Shown: positions 20,901 through 31,200, counted from the stretch's first letter. The stretch is DNA of 64,000 nucleotides from an uncultured Myxococcales bacterium (GCA_964400725.1 CAYNVS010000003.1:16711-80710); one strand, 5' to 3'. Made by a program: numbers and translations. Notes: a model not told the origin generated them from the sequence alone.

Positions 20901-23838
20901 CGTAACCGGTTAATACAACCTTGTCCCACGGATTGTCTGAAAGTCCGGGAAATTTCATTAATTGCGTTCCGCCGGTTCCATAAACGTATATCTCGTTCGG
21001 GCCTACCGCCAAATCGAGCGGCCAAACGTCGTACTGTTCCGGAAGTTGCGTCCACGTTCCCTTGATCATATCGTTGCAGGTTACGCCGGCGGTTTCGCTG
21101 CTTTGGTAGATGTAGCACGGCGACATTTGATTCCGGGTATTTCCCGTCATGCGGTCTATGGTATTCCATTCATTTTCCGTCTGCACCGTCGTAAAGCCGT
21201 AGTTTTTAGGCTTGGGAACGTAGGAATCGGTCAGCTTATCAAGCAGCAGACCTACCGACATGAACATGAAATCGGGTCCCGTTCCGTAAAATATTTTTTC
21301 GCCGTCTCCTTGTCGTTTATCTGTGTCGTATGGAATCGGTTCTACCGTCAGATTTGTCGCGTCAAGCCGGAACAAGGAATAGTCCATGGTAAAGAATGCG
21401 GCGTTCTGCCCCATTCCCCAAACTTTATTTCCCGCGTCGGACGCCCCCATTCCTGTTTCGTAATAAACCAGCGACTCGCCGTCATAATGGCCTAAAACAA
21501 GCTGGGACGCGTTTCCGTCGTTGCCGGAGCCGGTCATCCACACGTCGGTCGGAGACTTTGCGTGGAACGCGGAATAGTCGTAAACGCTGAAATAAGACGA
21601 GTTTTCGTAAATTTTCTGGAACGCGCTTCCGTGGGACGAGGCGAATAGACCTGTAGCCCCAACCGCGAAGATTACGTCGCCGTCGCTGGAAGGCGCGACG
21701 CCCATGAATGTAAGCGGAGAGCCCGTCTCGTCTTTCAATTCGATTTCAACGGCTTCGTAGGTTCCAATCGCGACCTTGTACAAGGTCGGCGTATAGTCCG
21801 CGCTTTTCGCGCCCGACAAATAAAGCGAGCCCGAACCCTTGCGAATAAATTTAGTATATAGTTCGGAGAACGGATAGCCGCTTACAGTCAGCTCTTTCCA
21901 GCCGTCGGTCGCGTCGTAAATGAACAGGTCGCTCGTTTGCGAATAGCTCCATCCGTTGACGCCGTAAAGGGTATCGCCGAAAACCGCTATGTCGGTTATT
22001 CCATAGGTCGAAAGATTTTGACTGTAGTCGCTCCATTGCGCGCCGTCGTAGCATTCTACCGCCGAAGGAGCGTTGGCCATGTAAAGGACGCAAAGGCGTT
22101 TAGTAGCCGAACCCTCGAAGCCGTCCATCGCTATTACGCTGCCGTAAGGAGCTTCGCCGAAGCGGTAAAATTCGCTGAATCCGTAAACCGGCGGGTTTGT
22201 ATCGACTTCTTCTTCGTCGATAATTTCCTCTTCCTGCGCTGGTTCTTCGTCGCCGTCGCCCGTAAATGCGACGCAGCAGCTAACCGGACACCCCATAGCG
22301 GTCGACGCGAAATCGTAACCCGGAGCGCAGGAATCTCCTTGGTAGCAGTAACCGCCGGCCTGTTCGCAAGCCGTCGGCTGAGTTTCTTCTTCCTCGTCTC
22401 CGTCAGTCAACGTCGTTACGACGAAGTAGCCGGTCGTTCCGGCTTCGTCGTTGAATGATTCGTTAAAGGTTCCGCCCGCCGGGCTTGTCCAAATCATTTC
22501 GTATTTGTCAAAGCCGCCGACGTCGAAAATAATAGTCGAGGCGGAAACGCCGGTCTTCTCGTAAGTGAATGGGAATTCGCCCGCGCCTACAAGAATCGCG
22601 CTGCCGCTTACGTTTGAACCGGCCGGGAATAGCCAGACGTTTGACGGACCGCCTTGTTCGTTAAATTGAATAGATAGACCTCCTATTCCGTTCGGGGCGA
22701 AATCTTGAGGCGAATCTTCTTCCTCGGACGGCTCTTCCGTTTCGTCCGCGGCTTCTTCAGCGTCGGCCTCGTCCGCAGGCTCGGTTTCCTCCGCGGTTTC
22801 TTCTGCCGGCTCTTCGATTTCTTCGGCGGTTTCGGTTTCTTCAACCGCTTCTCTGTCGCCGTCGAGCGTCGATTCGCCGTAGTTGACCTGCCACGGGTAA
22901 TAATGTCCCGACGCGCCGGATTCGTTTTGAAGCGCAAGCAGAAACACCGGCTTGAAGTTGGCTCCCGGCGCGCGGTTTACTATAAACGTAACGCGGAAGC
23001 CGTACGAGCCGACGGCCGCCTTTCGAGCCGAGTTGATGACGCTGAAGCCGGTGATGCGGTAATAACCGGGAAGCGACGGCGAGCCCAGAAGCACAGCCTT
23101 GACTTTCGCAGGGTCTTCGACGTTGGACGAATACAGAGTAACCGCCACAGTTTCGCCTATGCGCACCGTAGCGGGCGCGTCGATTGAATCGACCTGCGGA
23201 ACTCCTTGTCCGGATGAGCCTTCGGGTCTGCCGGATTCGTTCCATTGAGCTTCGGACGAGAACTGTATGTCCGCCAAAGCCTCGCTTGCGAGAGTCTGCG
23301 CGTTGCCGGCAGGCTTGAGTTCTGAGACGTGAATGGTAAGCGGGACGTAAAGTCCGGTCTTACCGTTTTTTGAGTGAAGCGCGAACTTCAGAGTAAAGTC
23401 TTTATTTAAGAGCTTATCCTCGCTCTTCAACGTTCCTGAAATTCTTACTTCTCCTTGACCGGAGACCGAAACGGCGGAGCTGATTATTGAAATATATTTT
23501 GTCGCTTTATCGACAGCTACAAACGTTTTGTCGATTTCCTCAAGGTTTGCATAACCGGTCTTTATTATGAAATAAAAAGCCGACCCGACGGCGAAGCCTT
23601 CGGGAGGAGGCGTAACTTGGGCAATCTGCGGAGCTTCGGAGTCGCCGCTTCCTTCGGGCGGAGCGCCTTTTTCAACCGTCCCGTTGTCGAACGCCATCGA
23701 ATTGGTCAGTATGTCTTCGAGCCCTTCGGCGATGTTCTTTGCGTCGCCGCCGGACTCGCACGACGCCGACAAAAGGCCGCACAGCGCCGCAAACAACGCC
23801 AAAGCCGAGATATTTAAGGCGATTTTAAATTTTATCAT
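17965..23838 (-). CDS. Giant secreted lipoprotein (~1957 aa). It carries two copies of a novel ~100-aa repeat module, acidic linkers, Cys-rich modules, predicted beta-propeller segments and a carboxypeptidase-regulatory-like (CarbopepD_reg) domain.
   Basis: Start chosen at MIKFKIAL, preceded by AGGAGAA. Lipoprotein signal ...LSASC. The module GIGGLSIQ(F/L)NEQGGPSN(V/I)W.FP.GS..SG.A.L.G.G.F.F.Y.KTG.S.ST..F.VGG.DKY.M.WTS...G.F.ESFN...GTTG.F occurs twice. The segment GGTVKGIVLNATQFGKMPVADALVTLQLPDGK...FFKFNNV is CarbopepD_reg-like. Confidence 0.75.
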   Translation of the reverse strand: MIKFKIALNISALALFAALCGLLSASCESGGDAKNIAEGLEDILTNSMAFDNGTVEKGAPPEGSGDSEAPQIAQVTPPPEGFAVGSAFYFIIKTGYANLEEIDKTFVAVDKATKYISIISSAVSVSGQGEVRISGTLKSEDKLLNKDFTLKFALHSKNGKTGLYVPLTIHVSELKPAGNAQTLASEALADIQFSSEAQWNESGRPEGSSGQGVPQVDSIDAPATVRIGETVAVTLYSSNVEDPAKVKAVLLGSPSLPGYYRITGFSVINSARKAAVGSYGFRVTFIVNRAPGANFKPVFLLALQNESGASGHYYPWQVNYGESTLDGDREAVEETETAEEIEEPAEETAEETEPADEADAEEAADETEEPSEEEDSPQDFAPNGIGGLSIQFNEQGGPSNVWLFPAGSNVSGSAILVGAGEFPFTYEKTGVSASTIIFDVGGFDKYEMIWTSPAGGTFNESFNDEAGTTGYFVVTTLTDGDEEEETQPTACEQAGGYCYQGDSCAPGYDFASTAMGCPVSCCVAFTGDGDEEPAQEEEIIDEEEVDTNPPVYGFSEFYRFGEAPYGSVIAMDGFEGSATKRLCVLYMANAPSAVECYDGAQWSDYSQNLSTYGITDIAVFGDTLYGVNGWSYSQTSDLFIYDATDGWKELTVSGYPFSELYTKFIRKGSGSLYLSGAKSADYTPTLYKVAIGTYEAVEIELKDETGSPLTFMGVAPSSDGDVIFAVGATGLFASSHGSAFQKIYENSSYFSVYDYSAFHAKSPTDVWMTGSGNDGNASQLVLGHYDGESLVYYETGMGASDAGNKVWGMGQNAAFFTMDYSLFRLDATNLTVEPIPYDTDKRQGDGEKIFYGTGPDFMFMSVGLLLDKLTDSYVPKPKNYGFTTVQTENEWNTIDRMTGNTRNQMSPCYIYQSSETAGVTCNDMIKGTWTQLPEQYDVWPLDLAVGPNEIYVYGTGGTQLMKFPGLSDNPWDKVVLTGYDGGNRKPKRIVYGAANCYYATLNFNEFTSNYEVFAMNFCAKTAWSLGGVPTSEEVYDIYAVENSSTKKESFDFPVNVFIVAASGVYKSERAADFAPAFALENMKFNGPGYIMGSYSSGIWVSGNDPATDSGLMLAHFNGLIWSYFPMDMAGAPAKVWGASEKEALFVVGGMPYLFAKQTGQMTKGASPVTPIPADAYGLNGFWGEGFELLFAFTSKKVMRIIEDYQPPVADGDEETGEYEVEEPIDNEETIIDYAPIGIGGLSIQLNEQGGPSNIWTFPVGSETSGVATLIGVGDFQFYYKKTGASTSTLTFNVGGTDKYDMTWTSATAGYFDESFNGAPGTTGFFEVLQPGADGDMETVEYESEIPTEEEQDEEESTLSCNFMVDKPYCALDNMTIMTCGSATGTWDESSCAQWFDANSSCISCGTMGAICGNQCNPYLDSYCVGDYEVHCLLCPETELVGYESRTDCAAANTYCVTADGKGLCAQGGTVKGIVLNATQFGKMPVADALVTLQLPDGKTLSTQSSSNGFFKFNNVRPGVGALITAKPKDAAPGETMSKFSMRIDVEAGKTTDLRLYSLQGCAAGGFEEPITEDKTYQLNVSCPWLMSGAAVAIPYAGDDRQIFEGLDYAGEAQISVVPLSLYDQSMALALPGSATKGRLFDESVRPIMGITAAYLEARDNTERNGTLEFSQLYLSAAQPSLTLPHGAEEELDPDMYYVFRYDEALGLWIQQEVTFTSDASSVTFPVSRTGWYMVALVLGTTFCVAGEVYDSGDNPTDAVVEAYSKAGFFKSVSPVGESAGAFAADMAPMTDTVLSASWYDENGNRYESQSTLNGGVKRPVNKFTKFDGCEFSETLWLEKANPQCVDIRVYDNNSNAIVATLAIYSNMTDMPAPMIYRGRYEALLDETLGRGRFCMTAINRYMYYRAKLWQGANRDICYNNDEQYFYIEQDESGEDPEVCGGESSCIAADIMFYCMGS

Positions 23839-23908
23839 AATGCGTTCTCCTGTAAGCATTCGTTAATTAACGGAGATTTCCGTCCGTCTAGATTTTTCTG
23901 CGGATGCG

Positions 23909-24781
23909 TTATTGCGCCGTAAAAGTTCCTTCGGTTCCGGCGACGTTATTAAAAGATTCTTTGAAGGTTCCGCCGGACGCGCTCGTCCAAATCATTTCGT
24001 ATTTATCGGTTCCGCCTACGTCGAAAGTAATCGTCGAAGTTGAAACGCCGGTTTTGGTATAGGTGAAGTCAAAGTCGCCTGAGCCGGTAAGCGTGGCCTT
24101 GCCCGACGTTTCCGATCCGGCGGGGAATATCCAGACGTTGCTGGGGCCGCCCTGCTCGTTGAATTGAATGCTTTTTCCGCCGATTCCCGCAGGAGCGAAG
24201 TCTGTCTGCGCCGTTTCTTCCTCGGCCGTCTGTTCCGTTTCAACCGGCGTTTCTTCCTCTAAAGCCGTTTCTTCCTCAATGGTCTGCTCCGTTTCAACCG
24301 GCGCTTCTTCCTCTGAAGCCGCTTCTTCCTCAACGGTCTGTTCGCTCTCGGCCGTCTCGTCAGCGTCGCCGTCTGAGCCTTGCTGTTTTACCGTAAACGT
24401 TCCGTCGTTTCCCGCCGCGCCGTTGAACGACTCTTTGAACGTTCCGCCGGAGGCGCTCGTCCATTTCATTTCGTACTTGTCGGTTCCGCCAACGTCGAAG
24501 GTCAATCTGGACGTCGCTGGACCGGTTTTTGCGTAAGTGAACGGGAAGGAAGCGGCGCCGTTCATCGTCGCGCTGCCGGAAGTATTCGCTCCCGGCGGGA
24601 ACGTCCATACGTTTGTTACTCCGCCGTTTTCCTTTAATTCAATCGTCAGTCCGGCGATGCCCGGAGGCGCGAACTCCCGCTGGCTTACGCCGCTGTTGTC
24701 GCCGTCGCAGCCCGCAAAAAAGAGGGCTCCCGCTCCCGCCATTGCAATAAATAATCCGATAAAAAGTTTGTCAGTTCTCAT
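23909..24781 (-). CDS. Secreted lipoprotein consisting of two copies of the same novel ~100-aa repeat module separated by an acidic ETEQT/EEE linker
   Basis: Signal peptide ...FFAGC. The two modules (FAPPGIAGLTIELKENGGVTNVWTFPPGANTSG...GTFTVKQ and FAPAGIGGKSIQFNEQGGPSNVWIFPAGSETSG...GTFTAQ) align with those in the downstream giant gene. Confidence 0.7.
   Translation of the reverse strand: MRTDKLFIGLFIAMAGAGALFFAGCDGDNSGVSQREFAPPGIAGLTIELKENGGVTNVWTFPPGANTSGSATMNGAASFPFTYAKTGPATSRLTFDVGGTDKYEMKWTSASGGTFKESFNGAAGNDGTFTVKQQGSDGDADETAESEQTVEEEAASEEEAPVETEQTIEEETALEEETPVETEQTAEEETAQTDFAPAGIGGKSIQFNEQGGPSNVWIFPAGSETSGKATLTGSGDFDFTYTKTGVSTSTITFDVGGTDKYEMIWTSASGGTFKESFNNVAGTEGTFTAQ
24205..24352. repeat. 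Imperfect ~60-bp tandem DNA repeat (about 2.5 copies) encoding the acidic linker of the 290-aa lipoprotein
   Basis: A unit ccgtttcaaccggcg(t/c)ttcttcctct(a/g)aagccg(t/c)ttcttcctcaa(t/c)ggtctg is repeated head-to-tail. The protein reads (ETEQT.EEETA.EEE.PV)n. Confidence 0.5.
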
Positions 24782-25016
24782 ACTATTCCTCCAGTTTAAC
24801 GGTTAAACATAATAACTAAGGTTGTATAATACTTTTTTCTATGAATAATACAACATTAATTTGACCCCGCGCCCGTTTGGAATTTTATCTTTATTCCATC
24901 AAGGCTTGCATTATTTTTACAAATAGAATATATACTTGAACGGCGAGAGGCCGGAAAATTTTACCTTTCCTCGTTTCCGCCCGTATTTCGTTTTCTAAAA
25001 CTACAAACGTCGCGAT

Positions 25017-25652
25017 ATGACCGCCGTAAACGCAAATATAGTATTGGTTAAAAGCTGGGAAATTTCGCCCGACTCTTTTCATTTCAGGGCGGCGCAAGAG
25101 TTCGGCTGCGGCAAACTCCGCGTAATTCTTTGGATAAGCCGCGAGGCCGACGAGGCGGTATTATACCCGTTTTTAACGCTCGATTATGCGCTTTACAGAC
25201 TTTGCGCGCTTAAAGACGCATATGCGTCGGTCGAGAGCGCCGAAATGATTTACGGCTCATTAAAAACCATGGAAAAAGCCGTATCTTTCGCCAAAGGGAC
25301 GAAGATTGAGACGGCTCTTTTCGCCTCCGCTAAAACCGCGCCGGCGGGCGGCGGACGCGCGGAGGAAAACTCGGTCGAAGGGTTTCTAAAAAACTTGTCG
25401 GGCGTTAAAAACGTTTCGGCGCGTTTAAGTCCGCCTTCTAAAGCCGGACTTGAAATAGAAGAATGGTGTCCCGCCTACGTCCCTTATTGGAAAGACGCTA
25501 AGATTTTGGCTGCCTTGGCTAAAAAAAAGAAAACGTCCAAAGAGATATTTCCGCCGGACGCGGCGTTCTTAGCCGACGGACGGACGCCCTACCATAAGTT
25601 GAGAGAAGAATTTATGTCTCATTTTGCGGCCAGAGCCGCGCTTATGCCTTGA
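25017..25652 (+). CDS. Hypothetical protein
   Basis: 211-aa ORF in a coding-dense region with no recognisable motif. Start uncertain. Confidence 0.3.
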   Translation: MTAVNANIVLVKSWEISPDSFHFRAAQEFGCGKLRVILWISREADEAVLYPFLTLDYALYRLCALKDAYASVESAEMIYGSLKTMEKAVSFAKGTKIETALFASAKTAPAGGGRAEENSVEGFLKNLSGVKNVSARLSPPSKAGLEIEEWCPAYVPYWKDAKILAALAKKKKTSKEIFPPDAAFLADGRTPYHKLREEFMSHFAARAALMP

Positions 25653-25674
25653 ACTTCACGGAAGGAACATCAAA

Positions 25675-27066
25675 GTGCGCCTTATTTTATGGTTCAACCG
25701 AAATTTGAGAGTAAGAGACAACATTGCGTTATACGAGGCGCAAAAAGACGCATCGGAAATAATACCGGCAACGGTCGCCGACGAGAATTTGCTGTCTCCC
25801 GAAAACCTTGGAAAGACGTCTGGAGCCGCCGCGAAATTTTACGTACAGGCAGCCAAAGGGCTGGACCGCGAACTGAAGAAATTGGGTTCGGCTCTCGTAA
25901 TGAGAAAAGGAGACTCGGCGACCGAACTTTTGCGAGTTGCGGAGGCGTTCGAAGCCGATGGAATATATTTTACCAAAAGCCGGAATCCTTTCGACGCTCA
26001 AGCCGAAAACAGGCTTGTAAGCTCCGCGATGTCGATGGGATTGGTCGTCAAAGGGTTCGACGACGGACTGATACACGACTCGTCCAGCTGTCTCGACGCG
26101 CGCGGCAAACCTTTTAAAGCGTTCAACAACTATCTGCGCACGTGGGCAAGCACGGCAAAGCCCAAACCGCGTCCGGCGGCGCAGAAGCTAAACCCGCTGC
26201 CGGAAAAACCGGCCGCTAAAGCGAGACCAGCGACCGAGGCTCTTTTAAACGAAGAGCAGACAATCGGCGGCGAGCCTCGCGCCCACGCTTTATGGCTCGA
26301 CTTTCTCAAAACGAGAATGTTCGATTACGCGGATGTAACTCAAAACGTGGCGCGCAAAAACACCAGCGGAATATCGCCTTACGTAGCTTTTGGCTGCGTT
26401 AGCCCGGCCACTCTCGACCGCGCGCTCTGCGCAGCGTCCGCCACCGAAATAACCGACCACGCCCGCAAGTCGATTTCGGCGGTAAGGAGATCGCTCGCCA
26501 TGCGCGATTACAGCGTAATGCGGGTAACAATCGACGCTGAAATGCGAGCGGCGCTGAACGAAATCATTTTTGCCAAGCCGGAGGATTTTCTGGGAAACGA
26601 CGAGCGGAAGGAAATGTTTTACGCATGGGCGGAGGGACGCACAGGCGTTCCCATTATAGACGCAGGAATGCGCGAAATGAACAAAACCGGATGGACCAGC
26701 CAAGTTTACCGCGAGGCTCTGGCCTTTTTTCTCGTTAAACTCATGAGACTGGATTGGCGCGCCGGATTTTTGCACTACGCCTCCGCTCTTACCGATTTCG
26801 ACCCATACGTTTGCATGCTAAGCTGGATGCACCTAAACGGTCGAGACGTCGGTCTCCCCCGGCGTCAGCCGATATTTTACTATCCCGTCAATCTTTCGGC
26901 AAAATTAGACCCGACCGGCAAATTTATTTCTTATTACGCGCCGGAGCTGGCGGCTCTGCCGCTGCGCCACCTTTATACCCCATGGCGCAGACCCTTTATA
27001 ATAGCCAAACATTACGGCGTAAAACTTGGCAAACATTATCCGGAACCCATAATTCCGATGGATTGA
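25675..27066 (+). CDS. Deoxyribodipyrimidine photolyase / cryptochrome family flavoprotein
   Basis: N-terminus VRLILWFNRNLRVRDNIAL resembles the photolyase alpha/beta domain. The C-terminus (TGVPIIDAGMREMNKTGWTSQVYREALAFFLVKLMRLDWRAG...DFDPYVCMLSWMHLNG) resembles the FAD-binding domain. A GTG start at 25675 follows GGAAGGAA. An alternative TTG lies at 25624. Confidence 0.75.
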   Translation: MRLILWFNRNLRVRDNIALYEAQKDASEIIPATVADENLLSPENLGKTSGAAAKFYVQAAKGLDRELKKLGSALVMRKGDSATELLRVAEAFEADGIYFTKSRNPFDAQAENRLVSSAMSMGLVVKGFDDGLIHDSSSCLDARGKPFKAFNNYLRTWASTAKPKPRPAAQKLNPLPEKPAAKARPATEALLNEEQTIGGEPRAHALWLDFLKTRMFDYADVTQNVARKNTSGISPYVAFGCVSPATLDRALCAASATEITDHARKSISAVRRSLAMRDYSVMRVTIDAEMRAALNEIIFAKPEDFLGNDERKEMFYAWAEGRTGVPIIDAGMREMNKTGWTSQVYREALAFFLVKLMRLDWRAGFLHYASALTDFDPYVCMLSWMHLNGRDVGLPRRQPIFYYPVNLSAKLDPTGKFISYYAPELAALPLRHLYTPWRRPFIIAKHYGVKLGKHYPEPIIPMD

Positions 27067-27069
27067 AAC

Positions 27070-27984
27070 TTATCCTGAGCGTCCGGCTAAATCCAGTTGA
27101 AAAGCCTTTTGAGGGGATTCTATTTTAAGCGGAACCAGCAATACCGAGGATTTAGCGCCAGCCGCCAGGTTGCTTGCAAAGTTGCCGAAAATGCTCTCCT
27201 GCACTCCTTTGGGCGGTTTCAGTCCGGCGGCGGCCAAGTCAATCTCAAGTCCCTTGCATACGGCGGCGGCCTGCGGAACGGGATCGCCGTCAAGAAGAAT
27301 CGGGTTTATTTCCAGTCCTCGCATTGTAGGTTTTAATCGTTCGAGGTAAGCGTTAAAGCGTTCTTCGGTCTCGGCGCGCTTCTTTTTAAGAGCGGCTCCG
27401 AACGAGCCCAGAGGAAAGAAAGGGAGAGCTCCTACGTGCAGAACGTAAAGTTCGGCCATATATTCCGCAGCCAGCGCCGCAGCCATCGACATCAATTCGT
27501 CGCACTCCGGCGTTAAATTGACCGCGGCGAGTATTCTTCGTATCTTTTGCTCCGCTCCGCCGCGCTCGATAAGCAGCGGACGCCTTAGAGAGCCGGTAAT
27601 TATCTTCGAGGCGACCGCTCCAAGGGCGGCTGGCTGCACTATTCCGCCTATAACGCGCTCGGACAGGCTTCTGCGAGCCCCGCCGATAATTATCAAGCCC
27701 GCGTCGGTCTCGTCGGCGGTTTTAATTAAAAAGTCCGCCGCGTCTCCTTCGCCCGCGGCCGTACGCAGCCGAAGAGCTCCAGATTTAGGAAGCTCGACTG
27801 CCGACGCCGTTTTGTCAATCGCAGCCGAGAGCGTCGCTTCTATTTCCGCCGAAGAGCGTTTCCCGTCCGACGCGTGCGCCACGGTCAGCTCGCGTTTTCC
27901 GCGCGCTGCCATTTCAATCCCTCTGCGCAGGGCGTCCGTTCCTCCGCCGGCGTAATCGTATCCGACGACAATTCTTCTGAACAT
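27070..27984 (-). CDS. Universal stress protein (tandem UspA domains)
   Basis: Two Usp-like halves: RIVVGYDYAGG...LIIIGGARRS...GGIVQ, and ILAAVNLTPE...G...SVLLVP. Confidence 0.65.
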   Translation of the reverse strand: MFRRIVVGYDYAGGGTDALRRGIEMAARGKRELTVAHASDGKRSSAEIEATLSAAIDKTASAVELPKSGALRLRTAAGEGDAADFLIKTADETDAGLIIIGGARRSLSERVIGGIVQPAALGAVASKIITGSLRRPLLIERGGAEQKIRRILAAVNLTPECDELMSMAAALAAEYMAELYVLHVGALPFFPLGSFGAALKKKRAETEERFNAYLERLKPTMRGLEINPILLDGDPVPQAAAVCKGLEIDLAAAGLKPPKGVQESIFGNFASNLAAGAKSSVLLVPLKIESPQKAFQLDLAGRSG

Positions 27985-28109
27985 TGCGTAATTTTACCGC
28001 AAATCGGACAAAAATAAAGAGATTTTGGCCGGGCATGATTTCAACAATTTCAAATATTGGCGAAATCGGTCTTGGCGGCGGATTTAAAGAAGAACGACCT
28101 TATTTCGGC

Positions 28110-28180
28110 TTGACAACGTCCATTTTTTTTAATTTATTGAAAGGCGCTGCGTTGACTTAATACATTATTAATATAATTGA
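28110..28180 (+). promoter_or_regulatory. AT-rich region upstream of the giant adhesin gene with sigma70-like hexamers (TTGACA near 28110, TTGACT near 28152, TATAAT near 28172)
   Basis: Hexamers read by eye. Spacings are not ideal, so this is only a candidate. Confidence 0.2.
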
Positions 28181-28247
28181 AAAGTTATGCGCGTCATGGT
28201 AATTTTTAGCTAAATAAATTTTAGCGTTTGAAAAGGAGCTTTTACCT

Positions 28248-31200
28248 ATGAGACACGTCTTATTCGCGTTTATTTTAACGGCGTTTTTCGCCGCGGCGGG
28301 CTGCTCTTCCGATTCGGGAAGCAAGAATAACAACAATAACGAAGGGGACGGGGACGTTTCCGAGTGGCAGAACGAAGACGAAGACGTTATAGAAACGGCT
28401 GATGAAAGCGACGGCGCGGAAGCGGACGCGGAAACCGAAATAGAGTTGGAAGAGGGTCAGGTCTGCGTTCCGAATACCAAGAGCTGCCACGGCAATACCG
28501 TCTTCACTTGCAACGGAAACGGAAGCGGTTACCTCGTTCCCGTTGACTGCCTAGCCAGCCAGTTTTGCTTGGAAGGCGCTTGCGTAAATCAAGTTTGCAA
28601 GCCAATGACCGCAGTCTGCGACGGCATGTTCGCGTTTAAGCTCTGTCTCGACGACGGAAGCGGCTACGATACGCCAATTTCTTGCGCGTCCGATCAGTAT
28701 TGTTCGGACGGCGCGTGCAAGACGCGCGTTTGCAAGCCCGGAGCGGAAACCTGCATCGGCAACACTCACGCCAAATGTCTCGACGACGGCAGCGGCTACG
28801 AAACGCCGGTTCCGTGCAACAACGATCAGTTCTGTCTCGGCGGAGCCTGCCAGAATCAAGTCTGCCAGCCGTCCTCATGGACGTGCGAAGGCGCGACGGC
28901 GAAGAAGCAGTGCAAACCAGACGGCAGCGGCTACGCAGATCCGGTCGTATGCGAATCCAATCAGAATTGTTCTAACGGCGTTTGCGCGGCGCAAGTTTGC
29001 AAACCGAAGGATAAACTATGCCAAAACGACTCGGTAATTACATGCAAAGACGACGGCAGCGGCTACGGCTCGCCGGTTCCGTGCGGCGACGGCAAGAACT
29101 GCGTAAACGGAGAATGTCTCAGCCAAATGTGCCAGCCCGACAGCAAGGTATGCGCCGGCAATTCGGTCGCCACCTGCCTGTCCTCCGGCGACGGCTACGG
29201 CGTTCCAGTCCCATGCGGCGAAGGCAAATACTGCGACGCCGGAACCTGCAAAACGCAGGTGTGCGCTCCGCTTGCGCAGGCGTGCGACCAGAACGGCGCG
29301 GTGATTGTCTGCAACTCCAACGGAAGCGCGTGGGGAACTCCGAGTAATTGCGGTTCCGGAAAATACTGCAAAGACGGCCTGTGCTTTAATCAGGTTTGCG
29401 CCCCGAACGAAAAAACGTGCGACACCGTTACGTCGTATAAAGTCTGCAAAGCCGACGGAAGCGCTTATGAGACCTCTATTCCATGCGGCGAAAAGCAGGT
29501 ATGCAAAACAAACGGAACATGCGAGGCGCGGACTTGCGAACCGCAGTCGATAACCTGTCAGGGGAACAGCATCGCCATATGCAACGGCGACGGGACCGGC
29601 TACCTTACGCCTATTCCCTGCGGCGAAAACAAATACTGCGAAAACGGCGTGTGCAACGCTTACGTATGCGCTCCCAACAGCAAAATTTGCGACGGCAACG
29701 GCGTTGCGGTTTGCAAAACAAACGGCTCAGGCTACAACGCTACGGTGGCTTGCGGCGCCGCGCAATTCTGCAAAGACGGCGTATGCACCGACGCATTTTG
29801 CACGCCCAACAAACGCGAATGCGTTTCTGCAAACACTTACCGCATGTGCGCCGCCGACGGTTCCAAGTGGCTCGACGCGTCAGACTGCGGCGCGGGCAAA
29901 TTCTGTCAGGATCCGGACGGCGTCTGCATGAATCAGGTATGTCAGCCCAACTCATACGCCTGCGCCGACAATACGAGCTACAAACAGTGCAACGCGGCGG
30001 GAAGCGGCTACAATAACGCCGTGAGCTGCGCCGCCAACCAATACTGCAACAACGGAATATGTTCCGCGGCGGCCTGCACGGCCAACGAGCGCAAGTGCGA
30101 CGGCGACTACATGTATCACATTTGCAACGCCGCCGGAACCGCTTGGAACGCAAGCGTAGCCTGCGGTTTCAACAAATACTGCGAAGACCCGAACGGCGCG
30201 TGCAAAGATACAATTTGCGCGCCTAACAGTCAGGAGTGCGTGAACGCCTCTTCCTATAAACTATGCAACTCCAAGGGAAGCGCTTGGAGCGACCCTATAC
30301 TCTGCTCCGGCAATTACATATGCGACCTCGGCTCATGCAAAGATCCCGGCTCGCTGCCCGACCCGAAGATTGACGTGCAATTCGTCCGTCCGCAGCCGGA
30401 GGCTACGGTGGAGCTTACGCAGGGCGATACTTACAAAACGCTGATTAACGCGGTTATGACCGGCGGAACGATTGAAAAAGTCGAGCTGCTGGTTGACGAC
30501 GCGGTTTACGCGACGGATAATTCGCTGCCATACGAAATCACCTTCAGCATCCCCGCGCAGGCGACGACCGGTTACACCTATAAACTGCAAGCCAAGGCTT
30601 ACGGCAACAATCAGCGCAACAACGTCTCGAAGCTCGCATACATTAAAATACGCAACGACAAGCCCGTAGCCTCGTTCACCGCCACCATTACCGGCAATAA
30701 AACAATTCGCGTTGACGCGGGCTCCTCGACCGACCGCGAGACTGCGACGGACGATTTGCTCGTAAGATGGGACTTTGAAAACGACGGAACTTTCGACTCC
30801 GACTGGAACGCTGCGAAGGTCGCGACGTGGACTTACCCGACGAGCGGAACCTTTACCGTAAGAATGCAGGTAAAAGACGCGGTAGGACAAATCGACGAGA
30901 CGACCCACAGCGTAACATTCAGCGACACCTCTTACGTCGGCGGCGACATAACGGCCAGCACCACTTGGTACGGCACGGTAGTAATCACCGGTTCCGTAAA
31001 CATCAAAGGAACGGCGTGCGTAACTGTCTCCGAGGGAACGACGGTTCTCTTTGCGTGGCAGGACACCGTTCCGGCCGACGGCGTGGGCGACTACAACATC
31101 GTCGTCTCAGAGACAGGCTGTCTGAACGTAAACGGGACGGCGGAGAAACCGGTCATATTCTCAAGCTACGGCACCGGCCACACAAGCGCGGGCGCGTGGG

